A stretch of 64,000 bases of DNA from Piromyces finnis finn. Its lineage: Eukaryota > Fungi > Neocallimastigomycota. Shown piece by piece: positions 32,681-44,068 of this stretch (within the stretch, counting starts at the first letter, position 1; every line of letters starts with the position of its first letter). The notes beneath the pieces were generated by a model. It searched no databases. It saw only the letters and a program-made list of their open reading frames with translations, and was not told the origin of the DNA. Location of the stretch: contig MCFH01000035.1 of the NCBI GenBank assembly GCA_002104945.1, positions 434,001-498,000 on the forward strand. Reading direction: 5' to 3'. The translations under genes and the position numbers were made by a program.

Positions 32681-33922
32681 ATGAGTCAAATTTATAATTT
32701 AATTGATGAAATACCAGATGCTGAAAGATTTTTAGAATCTGCTGGTACATGTTATGGAAAAAATTATCAAACTGCAATATCTGGTTTTTTTACACAGTTT
32801 AAAGATACCTTTTTTTATGCTAATATAATTCAATTTTTAATTGTAGCTTTAATGTATGTTAACATTGGAAAAGGTAAATATTGGGATATTTTATTTTATG
32901 CCTCTGCCTCCGGTTTTGTTGGTGCTTCAATAGAAAATGCCACAGTAGCCTATATTTGTCAGGAAAGTGAAAGAAAAAAGAATTATAAAGTTATTTCTTT
33001 CTTAATTGCAGAATTCTTTTGGATTACCTGTGAATATTCTATACCATTTTTAAATTTAATTAAAATGAAAGCTTTTTCTAAAGGAAGTATGGCTAAAACC
33101 ATAAATTATGCTATTCTTGGTCTTTTCCTTCCATTTACTCTTTGTCGTTTTGCCATTGGTTTTGAACGTATGAATAAAGGTATTTTATCAAGTCAAAAAA
33201 TTAGTAATCTTCATGGTTATGCTTTTGGATTCATGGCTATAGCAGATATACTTTGTACCATTTCTATTCTTTATTTCATTCAAAAACACAGTAAAAAAAG
33301 TTTTAATGCTTCAAATATTTCCAGTTATATTAAACATTCCAGTTATACTATTTTAATTGCTGTGGATATTGTTAGTTTCCTTCTTTCCACCTTAAGTATT
33401 ATTACTAATTTTGGTATGTTTGCTGACTACATTCCAAGTTCCATTGCTACACCATTCCATTGTCTTAAATCTTCTTTTGTTTTAATATTAGCTTCAGATG
33501 CTCTTCTTTTCAAATATGGAGCTACTGCAGGTTCTTCTATCAATGCTTCTTCTAGTTGTAATTCCGTTAAATTACAAAATTACAATAATGAATTTAATAA
33601 TAATAGTAATAATAACAATAATGGAAAAGGAAGCAATTTATACAAAGTAAATAATAATCATATTATTGATGTTAATTCAAAATCAACCACTAGTGGTCTT
33701 AAAACCCTAACTAATAGTAGTAGTAATACTACTAATAACATGAGTACAACACAAAACTCATCCATCTACCACTCAGCATCCTATAATACCTCCAATATTA
33801 TTGCTCCTCAAAAAAGTATATTAAAAAATTATACAACAAATATTAAAACATCACCTAATTTATATTCACAAGTAATATACGATGGTGAACCTCATTTTGG
33901 TGGATATTTTCATCAACAATGA
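32681..33922 (+). CDS. Orphan 7-transmembrane (GPCR-like topology) protein, paralog B, intronless, 413 aa
   Basis: Seven hydrophobic segments and a long Asn/Ser/Thr-rich tail. Clear paralogy to 26738..27865. Confidence 0.85.
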   Translation: MSQIYNLIDEIPDAERFLESAGTCYGKNYQTAISGFFTQFKDTFFYANIIQFLIVALMYVNIGKGKYWDILFYASASGFVGASIENATVAYICQESERKKNYKVISFLIAEFFWITCEYSIPFLNLIKMKAFSKGSMAKTINYAILGLFLPFTLCRFAIGFERMNKGILSSQKISNLHGYAFGFMAIADILCTISILYFIQKHSKKSFNASNISSYIKHSSYTILIAVDIVSFLLSTLSIITNFGMFADYIPSSIATPFHCLKSSFVLILASDALLFKYGATAGSSINASSSCNSVKLQNYNNEFNNNSNNNNNGKGSNLYKVNNNHIIDVNSKSTTSGLKTLTNSSSNTTNNMSTTQNSSIYHSASYNTSNIIAPQKSILKNYTTNIKTSPNLYSQVIYDGEPHFGGYFHQQ

Positions 33923-34113
33923 TTTTAATGTTCAACCATAAAGAAAAAAATATTCCCAATATATCCCTAATAATATTTATTATGATGATGGTAAATCATA
34001 ATAAATAAATTTTTGTAATATATATTTAAAATATAAAAAAAAAAATATCTTGTATATATAGAAATATAGACTATAATCATTATTTATAAAATATAAAATA
34101 TTTTTATATTATT

Positions 34114-34158
<45 letters not shown>

Positions 34159-34263
34159 AAAGCAAAATAGATAAAATAAAAAAAATTTAAAAAATATATA
34201 ATATATTCTTTTTTTTTTTAACTATTTTTGAATTTTCATTTTTGAATTATTTTTTTAAATAGT

Positions 34264-34294
<31 letters not shown>

Positions 34295-34819
34295 TTTTAT
34301 GGTAATATAACATCGATTGAATTTTTAAATAGTAGACGTAAACCTTTAATATTCATTAATCAATTTAAAAATGAACTATTTAAAAATTGTACAACACTTT
34401 TTTTAAAAAAAAAAATAAATAAATGAATGAATAATATAAAAAATAAAATAGTATTATTTTTGTTTGTTGGTTTGTAGATATGACAATTCTACTGGTATTA
34501 TATAACATATATATATATATATTTTTTATATATATATATATTTTTTAAAATAATTTAAAGATTTAAAAATAATAAAAAAAATTTTATTTAAATTTTATAT
34601 TAAGGATTTAAAGTATTAATTTAATTAAATAAACACAAAAAAGTAAAAAAAAATAAAATAAAATAAATAAATAAAATTTAAATTATAATTGCATATATAA
34701 AAAAAAAAAAGTTAATATCAAATAAGGGGAAATTTTGATATTAATGATTATAAAATAGAATATTTAAATAATAGTTAAAAAGTATATATATACATTTATA
34801 TATAATATAATTTCATTTT

Positions 34820-34850
<31 letters not shown>

Positions 34851-34899
34851 CTAAAGATTTATCTATAGTAAGGAAGAGAAAAACATAATAATAATAACA

Positions 34900-36051
34900 A
34901 TGGAGTTTTTAAAGAAAAAGAATATAATAAAAGAAAAAATGATGGCATCTATCAAAAAATCATTATCAAATATTAATATAAAAAATGAAAAACTATATAA
35001 TTTTTATTCTCCTATTTCAGAAACTACCATAGCCAATACAGAATTGGAAAACTCAGATTCAGAGAATGACTATGCCATCACTTCCTCATCACCTATCACA
35101 GAAATTCCAACAAACCATCATATTCCTCAGTATCAACAACAATCTGATCCATCTAAACTTGTATATGTACCAAAAATTCAAGATCATCAACCAAATGATC
35201 ATGACCATCCCTGGCCTTTTTCAAATCATGATCATCATCAATCAACACAGGAGTCCAATAAATCATGGACCATTGCTTCACCATCTTCTACAATAAATCA
35301 TGATACAAAAAAATCGGTAGTCATAAATCCTTATTCAATGGATCAACATCAAACATCCAAACTACGTTCAACCCTAAATAAATCTAAAGCTTTCATTCCA
35401 TGGTATATGAAAAAAAGACAAGAAACGTACAGTAAGCATGAATTAGCCTCGTTTTATAACTATAATCAATGTAGTAATTATGAAAAATATGAAAATTATT
35501 CTTCAAGGTATCAACCTAAAAAGGAGGATATCATCGATATATCTTTGGATAAAACTGCTATTGAATTAAAAGAATTTCATTCAACAACAACAAACTCATC
35601 AAAAAATGATTTTAAATTAACAGAAGATACAACTACAATGACTACCACTCAACAAAAAAATACAGAAGATTATAGTGAAAGTACAGAGGAAAAGACCTTG
35701 GAAAATGAAATTGCCAATGAATTAAACGGAATTGCTTTAAAAGACGTCGTCATTCACTACACCTCTACAAATCAATTCAATAATGTTTTAAAAGAAAGTA
35801 CAGATTTAAATAATAATTTTGAATCCCCATCAAAAACATCAACAACACCAACCCTAATAGAAAGTAATATTTCTTTTGAATTTCAACCAGAAACTACTTA
35901 TCCTGTAATATCTGAAAAAAATATATACCCACAAGATACATTAAAATCAAACTATTATCACAATCATGATAATAATAATAATAATAATAGGATAACATTA
36001 TCATCTTCTTCTTCTATTGAAAACTATACCATTGATGAATTTATTTATTAA
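34900..36051 (+). CDS. Hypothetical low-complexity (S/T/N/H/E-rich), probably disordered protein, 383 aa (start may be the MM at codons 14-15)
   Basis: A 1.15-kb uninterrupted ORF with coding-like GC content against very AT-rich flanks. No recognisable domain. Confidence 0.7.
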   Translation: MEFLKKKNIIKEKMMASIKKSLSNINIKNEKLYNFYSPISETTIANTELENSDSENDYAITSSSPITEIPTNHHIPQYQQQSDPSKLVYVPKIQDHQPNDHDHPWPFSNHDHHQSTQESNKSWTIASPSSTINHDTKKSVVINPYSMDQHQTSKLRSTLNKSKAFIPWYMKKRQETYSKHELASFYNYNQCSNYEKYENYSSRYQPKKEDIIDISLDKTAIELKEFHSTTTNSSKNDFKLTEDTTTMTTTQQKNTEDYSESTEEKTLENEIANELNGIALKDVVIHYTSTNQFNNVLKESTDLNNNFESPSKTSTTPTLIESNISFEFQPETTYPVISEKNIYPQDTLKSNYYHNHDNNNNNNRITLSSSSSIENYTIDEFIY

Positions 36052-36879
36052 AAAAAAAAAAAAAAAAAAAAAAAATCCTTTTTTTATTTTTCTTTTCTAT
36101 TCTATATTTACAATAAATAAAAATGTTTGCTTTTTTTTTTTTTTTTTCAATTTTATAATAAATATATTATCTATATAAATTTCATTATAGTTGAAATTAA
36201 AATAACTTTTTATTTTATCTTAAAAAAAAAAAAATAGTCTTTTCAATAATATTATCAATTTGAATGTATGTAATTAATAATATATACATTGTATTTGCTA
36301 TAGAGAATAAGAACAAAAATTCAAAAAATAAACCTGAAAAAACTTTCGAATATACTAATAAACAGTCTTTCATCATCCTTTTTTTTGGTTTCTAAACAAT
36401 CTTTCTGCATTATTCAATATAAACCATTAAATACTATTTACTCTTTATATATTTCTTTTTTTTTTTTTAATTTTTTATTTATAAAAATAAATTTAATAAA
36501 ATATTGGTTAATATTATTTTTAACTTTTTTTTTTTAATTTTTTTATTTTATTTTTAAAAAAATTTATTTTTTATTTTATAAAAAAAAGAAAAAGATACTT
36601 TTCAGTACATATTATCTGTTAATATACTGTAAAATAAGAAAAAAAGATAATAAATTAATTTGAAAAATAATTAAATCTCTCCTTTTTTTAACATTTGTTG
36701 AAAATGAATAAAATATATTTCTAAAAAAACGTTAATATTTTACAAATGATTTGAAAAATTATTATTACGTTATTCTTTTTATAGGATATAGTTTTTTAAA
36801 AAAAAAAAAATGACAATTGTTTTTTTTTTCTTTTTTTGAAATCATTATTTTTATATAAAATTTCCCTTTTTTAATTTGT

Positions 36880-38821
36880 TTATTGGGCAGCAGCTCTTTG
36901 AGCAGCACGCTTTTCAGTTTGAGCCTGTTATTAAAAAAAAAATAAAAAGTTAATATTTATTTTATTATCATTAAAAATAACTCTATATAGATATTTTCTC
37001 TTTTTAGCGTTTAAATATTAAAATTTACCTTGAAACCAGTCTTAATAGTAGAAACGGACTTAACAGCACCACAAGCTTCACAATGTAAGAAGAAAATACG
37101 ATTATCCTTTTCTAAAATTGTTTCTGGTGACTTACAAACCTTACAAGTAACGTATTCCACTATAATTATTTTGTAATAATTTATAAAATTAATATTTCAT
37201 TTCAATTTACTGCATTTATATTTGATTAATTATTATTTTTTTAAAAATATGAATATCATTAAAAATAATACTTACTAATATAACGCTTTAAAATATTTTC
37301 AATTTGTTTTTGTTGGAAACGACCCTTAATAACTAAACGTTGACTACCATCAATGGAACCACTAGTACCAAGTTCAGCAAATAAGAATTGAATAACATGT
37401 TCTGGTTGACGGTGCATTCTTTAATTTTGAATTTATTTTTTAATTTTGAAAATAATAGCCGTTAATAATGTGTTTATGCTACTTTACTTTAAATAGCTTT
37501 ATTTTTAAATAATCCATAGTTAAATTTATACATTATTTAATAATACCTTTTACAGATTTCAACTAAGTTGAAGAAGACAGTCTTACGAGAACCTTCACGA
37601 TGAACTTGTGGTGGAACAATGGTGTAACGCTTCTTTTCACCAACAAGATCTGGATTCTTTTCATGAAGAATCTTGAAAACACGGGTAAGAAGCTTTTAAA
37701 ATTATATGAATAGATATAATTTTATTAATCCTAAAATTCATTACTATAAATAACATATATTTTAATTTCATTTAAACATACTTCTTCATAAGTGTAATCT
37801 CTGTCAGAGTCGAGCCAACCTTCTTCACTAGTACCTTCTTTCTTTTCTTCGGATTGTTCTTCAGCAACATCATCAATACCTCCATCAGCCTTAAGTTGGG
37901 CTTCAAATTCAGCAAGATTTGGTCTCTTCTTCTTCTTCTTCTTCTTTTCACCAAATGAAGCTAAGCTGTCAACTTCAGCTGGAGATTCAGATCTTGGAGT
38001 ATCAGCCTTTTATTATTTTAAAATTAAACAGTATAATTTTAATACATAAAAAATATTTAATAAAATCATCAATAAATACTCTAACAATTAATATATTCCT
38101 ATTATTCATATTTATAAATATATATTTTACATCAAAAGTAGCAGTCTTCTTCTTCTTCTTCTTCTTCTTTTCACCAAACATGGCCATTGGATCTTCAACC
38201 TTAGCTTCAGTGCTTTCAGAAGCAGCTGCAGCATCAGCAGACTTATCCTTCTTCTTCTTCTTCTTCTTTTTCATTGTAGTGTCGAAGAAGGCCTTTTTAA
38301 TAGAATATAATTTTTAAAAAATATAAATGAAAATTAAATAATTTATTATTAAAAAATATAAACAATACTATGTTTTCTTATATATAAACATAATAAAAAT
38401 CAAAAAAAAAAAAAAGACAATAATTGCAATGTCAACTTTAACATTTTTTCAATAAAAAAATATTTTGGAATGGGAAATGTAGTTTATCGATAAAAAAAAA
38501 CTTATTGATTATAAATATCTTTTATAAATATATATTTAATACTTGAAATTTAATTGTATATATTTTATTGATTAAAGTAAATCTTTTTTTTTTATTTTTT
38601 AATGAATTGATTAATTTTTAATTGATTGATTTTGATTGATTGATTGATTATAGATTTTCAAAATGGATGAAATATTATTATGGAATGTCAACTCGCATAT
38701 TACTTTGATAGCATAAAGTTTTTTTTTTTTTTAACATAAACTAATAATTTGTTTTTGTATTTACATTTTGATCTTCGACAGTCTTTTCTTGTTCGTGTTT
38801 AATTTCTTCTTCGTTTTCCAT
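36880..38821 (-). CDS. SUI3: Translation initiation factor eIF2 beta subunit; complement(join(36880..36924,37029..37159,37276..37418,37547..37692,37782..38006,38131..38292,38765..38821)), ~302 aa
   Basis: Three poly-Lys boxes, [60 protein letters not shown], and the zinc ribbon [12 protein letters not shown]...CEACG. All exon phases are consistent. Confidence 0.96.
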
Positions 38822-39333
38822 TATGATTTATTTTTTTTAATATTATTATTTAATATAAAATAAATCTTTTTGCGAAAAAAAAAATTATAAAAATACTTGT
38901 TACTATATAATTTTATTAAACAATAATGTAACGTTAATGTATTAATATTACAATACAACAATTTGAATATTAACTATCACAAATAATTATATATAATTTA
39001 TATATATAATGGTATTCTTTCTAGTATATTAGCATATTAGAATTATAAATTCAAACAAATTTTTATATTAAAATATGATTGGCTTATGATAAAAATTGTA
39101 TAACACAGCCAGTCAATAAAAATAAATTTTATAAAAAATATTATTTAATAATGTAACTAAATATATGTACATTACTACTAATTAATATAATTTAATGTAT
39201 TTTGTAAATGTAATAAAAAGTATTTTTTTATGAAATGCATCTCTTACATATAAAATTTATTACATTACATACTATATTATTATTATATATATTTATAGAA
39301 GTAAGTGAATAGTATTGTATAATTTTTAACAGC

Positions 39334-39449
39334 TATATAGTTGTATTGTCATATAGTAATGTAGTTATATAGTTATATAGTTGTATAGTTGTATAGTTGT
39401 ATAGTTGTATAGTTATATAGCTGTATTGTTATATAGTAATGTAGTTATA
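39334..39449. repeat. 8-bp minisatellite (TATAGTTR)n flanked by two 36-bp near-identical direct repeats
   Basis: tatatagttgtattgtcatatagtaatgtagttata (39334-39369) and tatatagctgtattgttatatagtaatgtagttata (39414-39449) bracket a run of tatagttg/tatagtta units. Confidence 0.85.
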
Positions 39450-41321
39450 CAGTGATGCAATGCAATGTAGTAATAATATTATTGAAAAGATTTTTTACAT
39501 ATATAAAACCAATTTTTATTAAAACACTGCCATACGAATAGTTTTAAATCTTTCAATATCTAATGTAGTAAGAGTTGATTATGCTTCTCTTTGAATTAGA
39601 TCACCAATTCTTGATTCTTTCATTTTGTATTCTCTTCAATTTGTATTAAAAAGAATATTATATTCTTTTCAATAGATTCTCTAAAACTTTTATATTAAAA
39701 AGATTATTACAAAAAAGGTTTAATAAAAAATTAACAAATTATTTAAAATAATATATTCTTTTCAATCTATTATTATTTTATTATGAAAAGAAATTAAAGT
39801 TAACTTTACTAAATATTTATTTTACATTCTGAAGATTATTAAGCAATGATTTATTATAAATTATTAAAGAAGTTTTATTAACCTAATATATATTATGATT
39901 AATTTTAAATACAAATCTATAGAATTAAATTATTATATAAGTGTTTACTTTTTTTTTTATATTTAATATTTAATACTTGACACTTTTATCAATTTATATA
40001 AATGTTTGAGTAGTATGTACATGTTGTAGGATGATGGTGATGATGAAAAAGTAGTTGTTTAAGCACTTTATTTTGTGTAACTTTATTTTTTTAATATAAA
40101 AATTCATTTTTTAAAAAAAAAGATTAGATTATTATTTTTATAATAAATCATTCTCAAGTTTTTTACGCATTATTATTGCCGTTGTTGATGGTGGTGGTGT
40201 TGCTATTGAGAATTTATTTCTATCTTTTAAAATATTTAATAGTTTATCTATTGTAAAAAGAAATAAATAAATAAAATCTAGTTTCTCAAATAATTTTTTA
40301 TAAATACTGGTATAAATATTTGCAGATTCTTTAATGTAAAAAAAATTTATATTTTATAATATAAAATTTTATTATTAAAAATATATTTTAAGGATAATAA
40401 TAATAACACTTTAAAAGATGTATAGCTTTTCTTTTTATAACCACGCCATTTACTTTTTGTTTTTTATTAGAATAGCAATACCTTTTTTTTTTTTTTTTAC
40501 CATGAAATCCATTTTTATTCAATCCTCCGCTTTCCATTGTTAAAATGTTTTTTTTTTTTCATAAATTTAATATCAAAACTTTAATTATTATTAATATTGA
40601 AATATCCTGATTTTAAGTAGCAAATAATAAAATTTTAATTATTATAGGAAAACATCAACTTTAAAGAAAATTAAGTAAATAGAATTAAATAAATAGTCAT
40701 TACATGTATTATTATCTTTATTCACCTCCGTCATATTCTATTAACATTATCATTCATATAAAAAATAATAATAATAGCTATTATGCTTTTTCTTTTTCTT
40801 TTTTAAAAAAATGCTTCTTTTTTAAAAGATTCCATAATCTTAATGTATTCTAATATATACAAGAATATATTGTACAATTTAAAAAATCAATTGTTTTCCC
40901 ATTTTTAGATCATCAAAAATGAATTTTTAATTAATTTAATTTATTAATTATTACTAATAAAAAAAAAATAAAAAATATTCTCTTTTTTTTTTTTTCTTTA
41001 TAAAAAAAGAAAAGGTGTGAATAAGAAGAAGAAGAATAAAAAAAAAAAAAGAAAAACAAGACGTAATATAATATCATCACTATCGTTTTTTTATTAAGTA
41101 AAACAATATAATAAACATAACATTATATATAAAATATAATATATATATATATATTTTTTTAGAAATTTAAATTTCAAAATTGAATTTCAAATTTCAGCGA
41201 TTAATTTCATTTTTTACTCATTTAAAAATAAAATAATTTTGATAAATTAATATACTAAATTTTAAAATACTCTTAGAAAAAAAAAACTTTATATATAAAG
41301 AATAGCATATATATTTTTCAT

Positions 41322-41368
41322 AACAACAACAACAACAACAACAATAATAATAATAATAGTAATAGTAA
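41322..41368. repeat. Compound (CAA)n(TAA)n microsatellite upstream of the esterase
   Basis: Directly visible about 180 bp upstream of the ATG at 41549. Confidence 0.85.
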
Positions 41369-41548
41369 AGAAATAAAAATAATTTAAAAAAACTATAATA
41401 AACAATTTCTTTTTTGAAAAAACTAAAGTGCATTATAAATATAATACATTTTTCATTTTAAACAAACAAATAAACAAATATACAAAACAGATAAATAAAT
41501 ATATATATAAACAAATAAATAAATAAAAGAAAGTAAATAAAAAAAAAA

Positions 41549-43051
41549 ATGGATACTATTGTAGAAACAAAAAACGGTAAAATAGAAGGATTTATTGAAA
41601 ATGGAATAAATAAATGGTATGGTATACCATACGCTAAACCTCCAATTGGAGAGCTAAGATTTCGTCGTTCTGTTCCCTATGATTCATGGGAAGGAATAAA
41701 GCCATGCAAAAAATTTGGAAAAAAACCTGTTCAATTTATGAAAAAGGTTAAACTTTCTTCTTCCAAATTAGAAAGTGAAGACTGTCTTTTTTTAAATGTA
41801 TGGAGAAAAAATTCGGAAGCTAAAAAATTACCAGTGTATGTTTGGATTCATGGAGGTTACTTACACTATGGAGATAGTAGTGATCCTCTATTTGATGGAA
41901 GTCATTTTGCTGAAGAGGATATCGTATATGTTAATATTAATTATCGTTTAGGACCCATGGGATGTTATGACTTTTCCCTATATAATCCAGATAGGTATGA
42001 TTCCAATTGTACATTTTCCGATCAAATTTTAGCATTAACTTGGGTGAAAGAAAATATTGAAGCCTTTGGTGGTGATTCCAATAATATTACTATCGCTGGT
42101 GAAAGTTCAGGAGGATGTAGTGTTTGTGCTTTATTAACGTCCCCTAAAACAAAAGGTCTTTTCCAAAAAGTTATTTGTCAAAGTGGCCTTCCAGATAGTT
42201 TTCCAACAAAGAAAACAATGAAAATGGCAATGGATCTTTTTTTGAGCTATTTAAATATTACACCAGAAACTATTGATACCATTTCAACCATAGATACCGA
42301 ACGTCTTAAAAAGGCAACTAATAAATTAAATAAAAATCTTAGTAAAGTACATCCTGGATGTTATATGCCAGGGATTATGTATGATGATCTATTACCAGAG
42401 GATTGTTATGATTGTATTAAGAAAGGGTATACTGAAGGAGTAAAATTAATTGTAGGAACAACCCTGGATGAAGGTTCCTTTTTTTACCTACTTCATACTT
42501 ATCCCGATACTTGGAAAAAGGTTAAAGAATACTGTGATATTTGTAATTTTGAAAAAGATTTTAGCGAAGTTGAAAATGTTTACACTCATCTTAAAACCGA
42601 AAAGAAAAAAGTTATTGATGTGAATACTGATCTTTTATTCCTAGTTGGTTCAACAAAGCTTGCTGATTGTCAAAGTGCCGTAGAAGATGTTTGGATGTAT
42701 AAATTTAATTATGCACCACTTCTTCTTAAAATGATTGGTTTAGATGCTACGCATGGTATTGATGTTTCAATTTGTAATAAAAATGCCGATAAAGATTATT
42801 TATGGTTCATGACCCCATCGAAAGCTAAAAGACAATTAATGAAAGAAATGTTTGGATCTTGGGTTAATTTTGCTAAAACCGGTGATCCAAATGGGGATCA
42901 TCTTCCAGTGGAATGGAAAAAATATGATACAACTCATCGTATGACCTATTTCTTTAACGAATCATCCGAATTAGTTGAGAATCCAGTCAAAGACAAATTT
43001 GAATTATGGAAGGAATTAAAATATGATCCTCCAGTACAAGACCAAAAATGA
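41549..43051 (+). CDS. Type-B carboxylesterase (alpha/beta hydrolase, para-nitrobenzyl esterase PnbA-like), intronless, 500 aa, no signal peptide
   Basis: GIPYAKPPIGELRF, SEDCLFLNVW, WIHGG oxyanion loop, NYRLG, DQILALTWVKENIEAFGGD, nucleophile GESSG, acid GTTLDEG and catalytic His in ATHG. Confidence 0.95.
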   Translation: MDTIVETKNGKIEGFIENGINKWYGIPYAKPPIGELRFRRSVPYDSWEGIKPCKKFGKKPVQFMKKVKLSSSKLESEDCLFLNVWRKNSEAKKLPVYVWIHGGYLHYGDSSDPLFDGSHFAEEDIVYVNINYRLGPMGCYDFSLYNPDRYDSNCTFSDQILALTWVKENIEAFGGDSNNITIAGESSGGCSVCALLTSPKTKGLFQKVICQSGLPDSFPTKKTMKMAMDLFLSYLNITPETIDTISTIDTERLKKATNKLNKNLSKVHPGCYMPGIMYDDLLPEDCYDCIKKGYTEGVKLIVGTTLDEGSFFYLLHTYPDTWKKVKEYCDICNFEKDFSEVENVYTHLKTEKKKVIDVNTDLLFLVGSTKLADCQSAVEDVWMYKFNYAPLLLKMIGLDATHGIDVSICNKNADKDYLWFMTPSKAKRQLMKEMFGSWVNFAKTGDPNGDHLPVEWKKYDTTHRMTYFFNESSELVENPVKDKFELWKELKYDPPVQDQK

Positions 43052-43960
43052 AAAATAAAGAATAACATTTAATGCAAAGATCATAAAAAAATATAAAAAA
43101 AAGAAAAGGATATAACATAACCTTTTAAAAATAATAATAATAATAATAAACTTTTAGAGCAATAAATTAATTATGATTCACATTATACCTTTATTTTTTT
43201 TTGTAAATTTCATAAAATAATTTTTTTGAAAAAGAAAAAAAATATTTGCTTATGAAATACATATCTATCATTAATTAACATATATTTAATAGAATAAAAA
43301 TAAACAATTTTATTAGTATAAATAAAAATGAAAAAACAAAACAAAAAAAAAAAAAAAACTTTATCAAACTTTCTTCTTATTATTTAATGGATTATTCTAT
43401 TTATTAATTATTATCAAGTAAAAGATAATTTTTTTTTAAATAAAGAAAGTAGTTTCGATGACTGAAAGTGTTGCGGTTTAATTTTAAAATCTATCACATT
43501 CATCCTAATAAAATTTTATATATGGAATTCCATTTTTATATCAAGGTCAAATATAGTGAATAAAAAAAAAAAACTATTCTTTGACTTATTTTCAAACTCA
43601 ATTCTTTCTTTGACAATTCTACAATAGAGATATACTTATTTAAAAGATTTATTTAATTAAAATCAATCAATAATATACATATTATAGGAATCATTGGTTT
43701 AATAGTAGTACATAATTATCATATCCAATTTATAAAAGTTATACTTTTACTTTTATTTTCATATTGGTATAATTATTAAAATGAAAATAAATACATTTTA
43801 TATAATAATTGCTTATTTATTATAGGTATTCATATCTTTTTTTTTTTATTATTTCAATTTTAATTATAAATTAAAGTTTAGTAGACCAAATAATACAAAA
43901 TGTCAAAGTTGTTCATTTTAAATTAAAATTTTAAAAATAAAAAAAGTTAATTTTTTATTA

Positions 43961-44068
43961 AATATAAAAAAAAAAAGGTAAAAAGGTAGAATAAAAAAAG
44001 ATATATATCTACAGCTTTATATATATATATATATTTTTATTCTACCTTTTTACCTTTTTTTTTATATT
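43961..44068. repeat. Inverted repeat (~35-bp arms, ~36-bp spacer); potential hairpin/cruciform
   Basis: The left arm aatat(A11)ggtaaaaaggtagaataaaaa is the reverse complement of the right arm tttttattctacctttttacc(T9)atatt, differing only in homopolymer length. Confidence 0.85.

Noticed and set aside
26738-33922. Opsin hypothesis for the 7TM pair (Lys in TM7, Glu in TM3)
   Set aside because: The Lys context (HC[IL]K[CS]) lacks the microbial-rhodopsin DxxxK pattern and the animal-opsin K..NPxxY spacing. Only a structure comparison could revive it.
34114-34156. ~40-nt poly(A) run as a retroposon tail
   Set aside because: Long A/T runs are ubiquitous in this window, and no target-site duplication or element body is evident.
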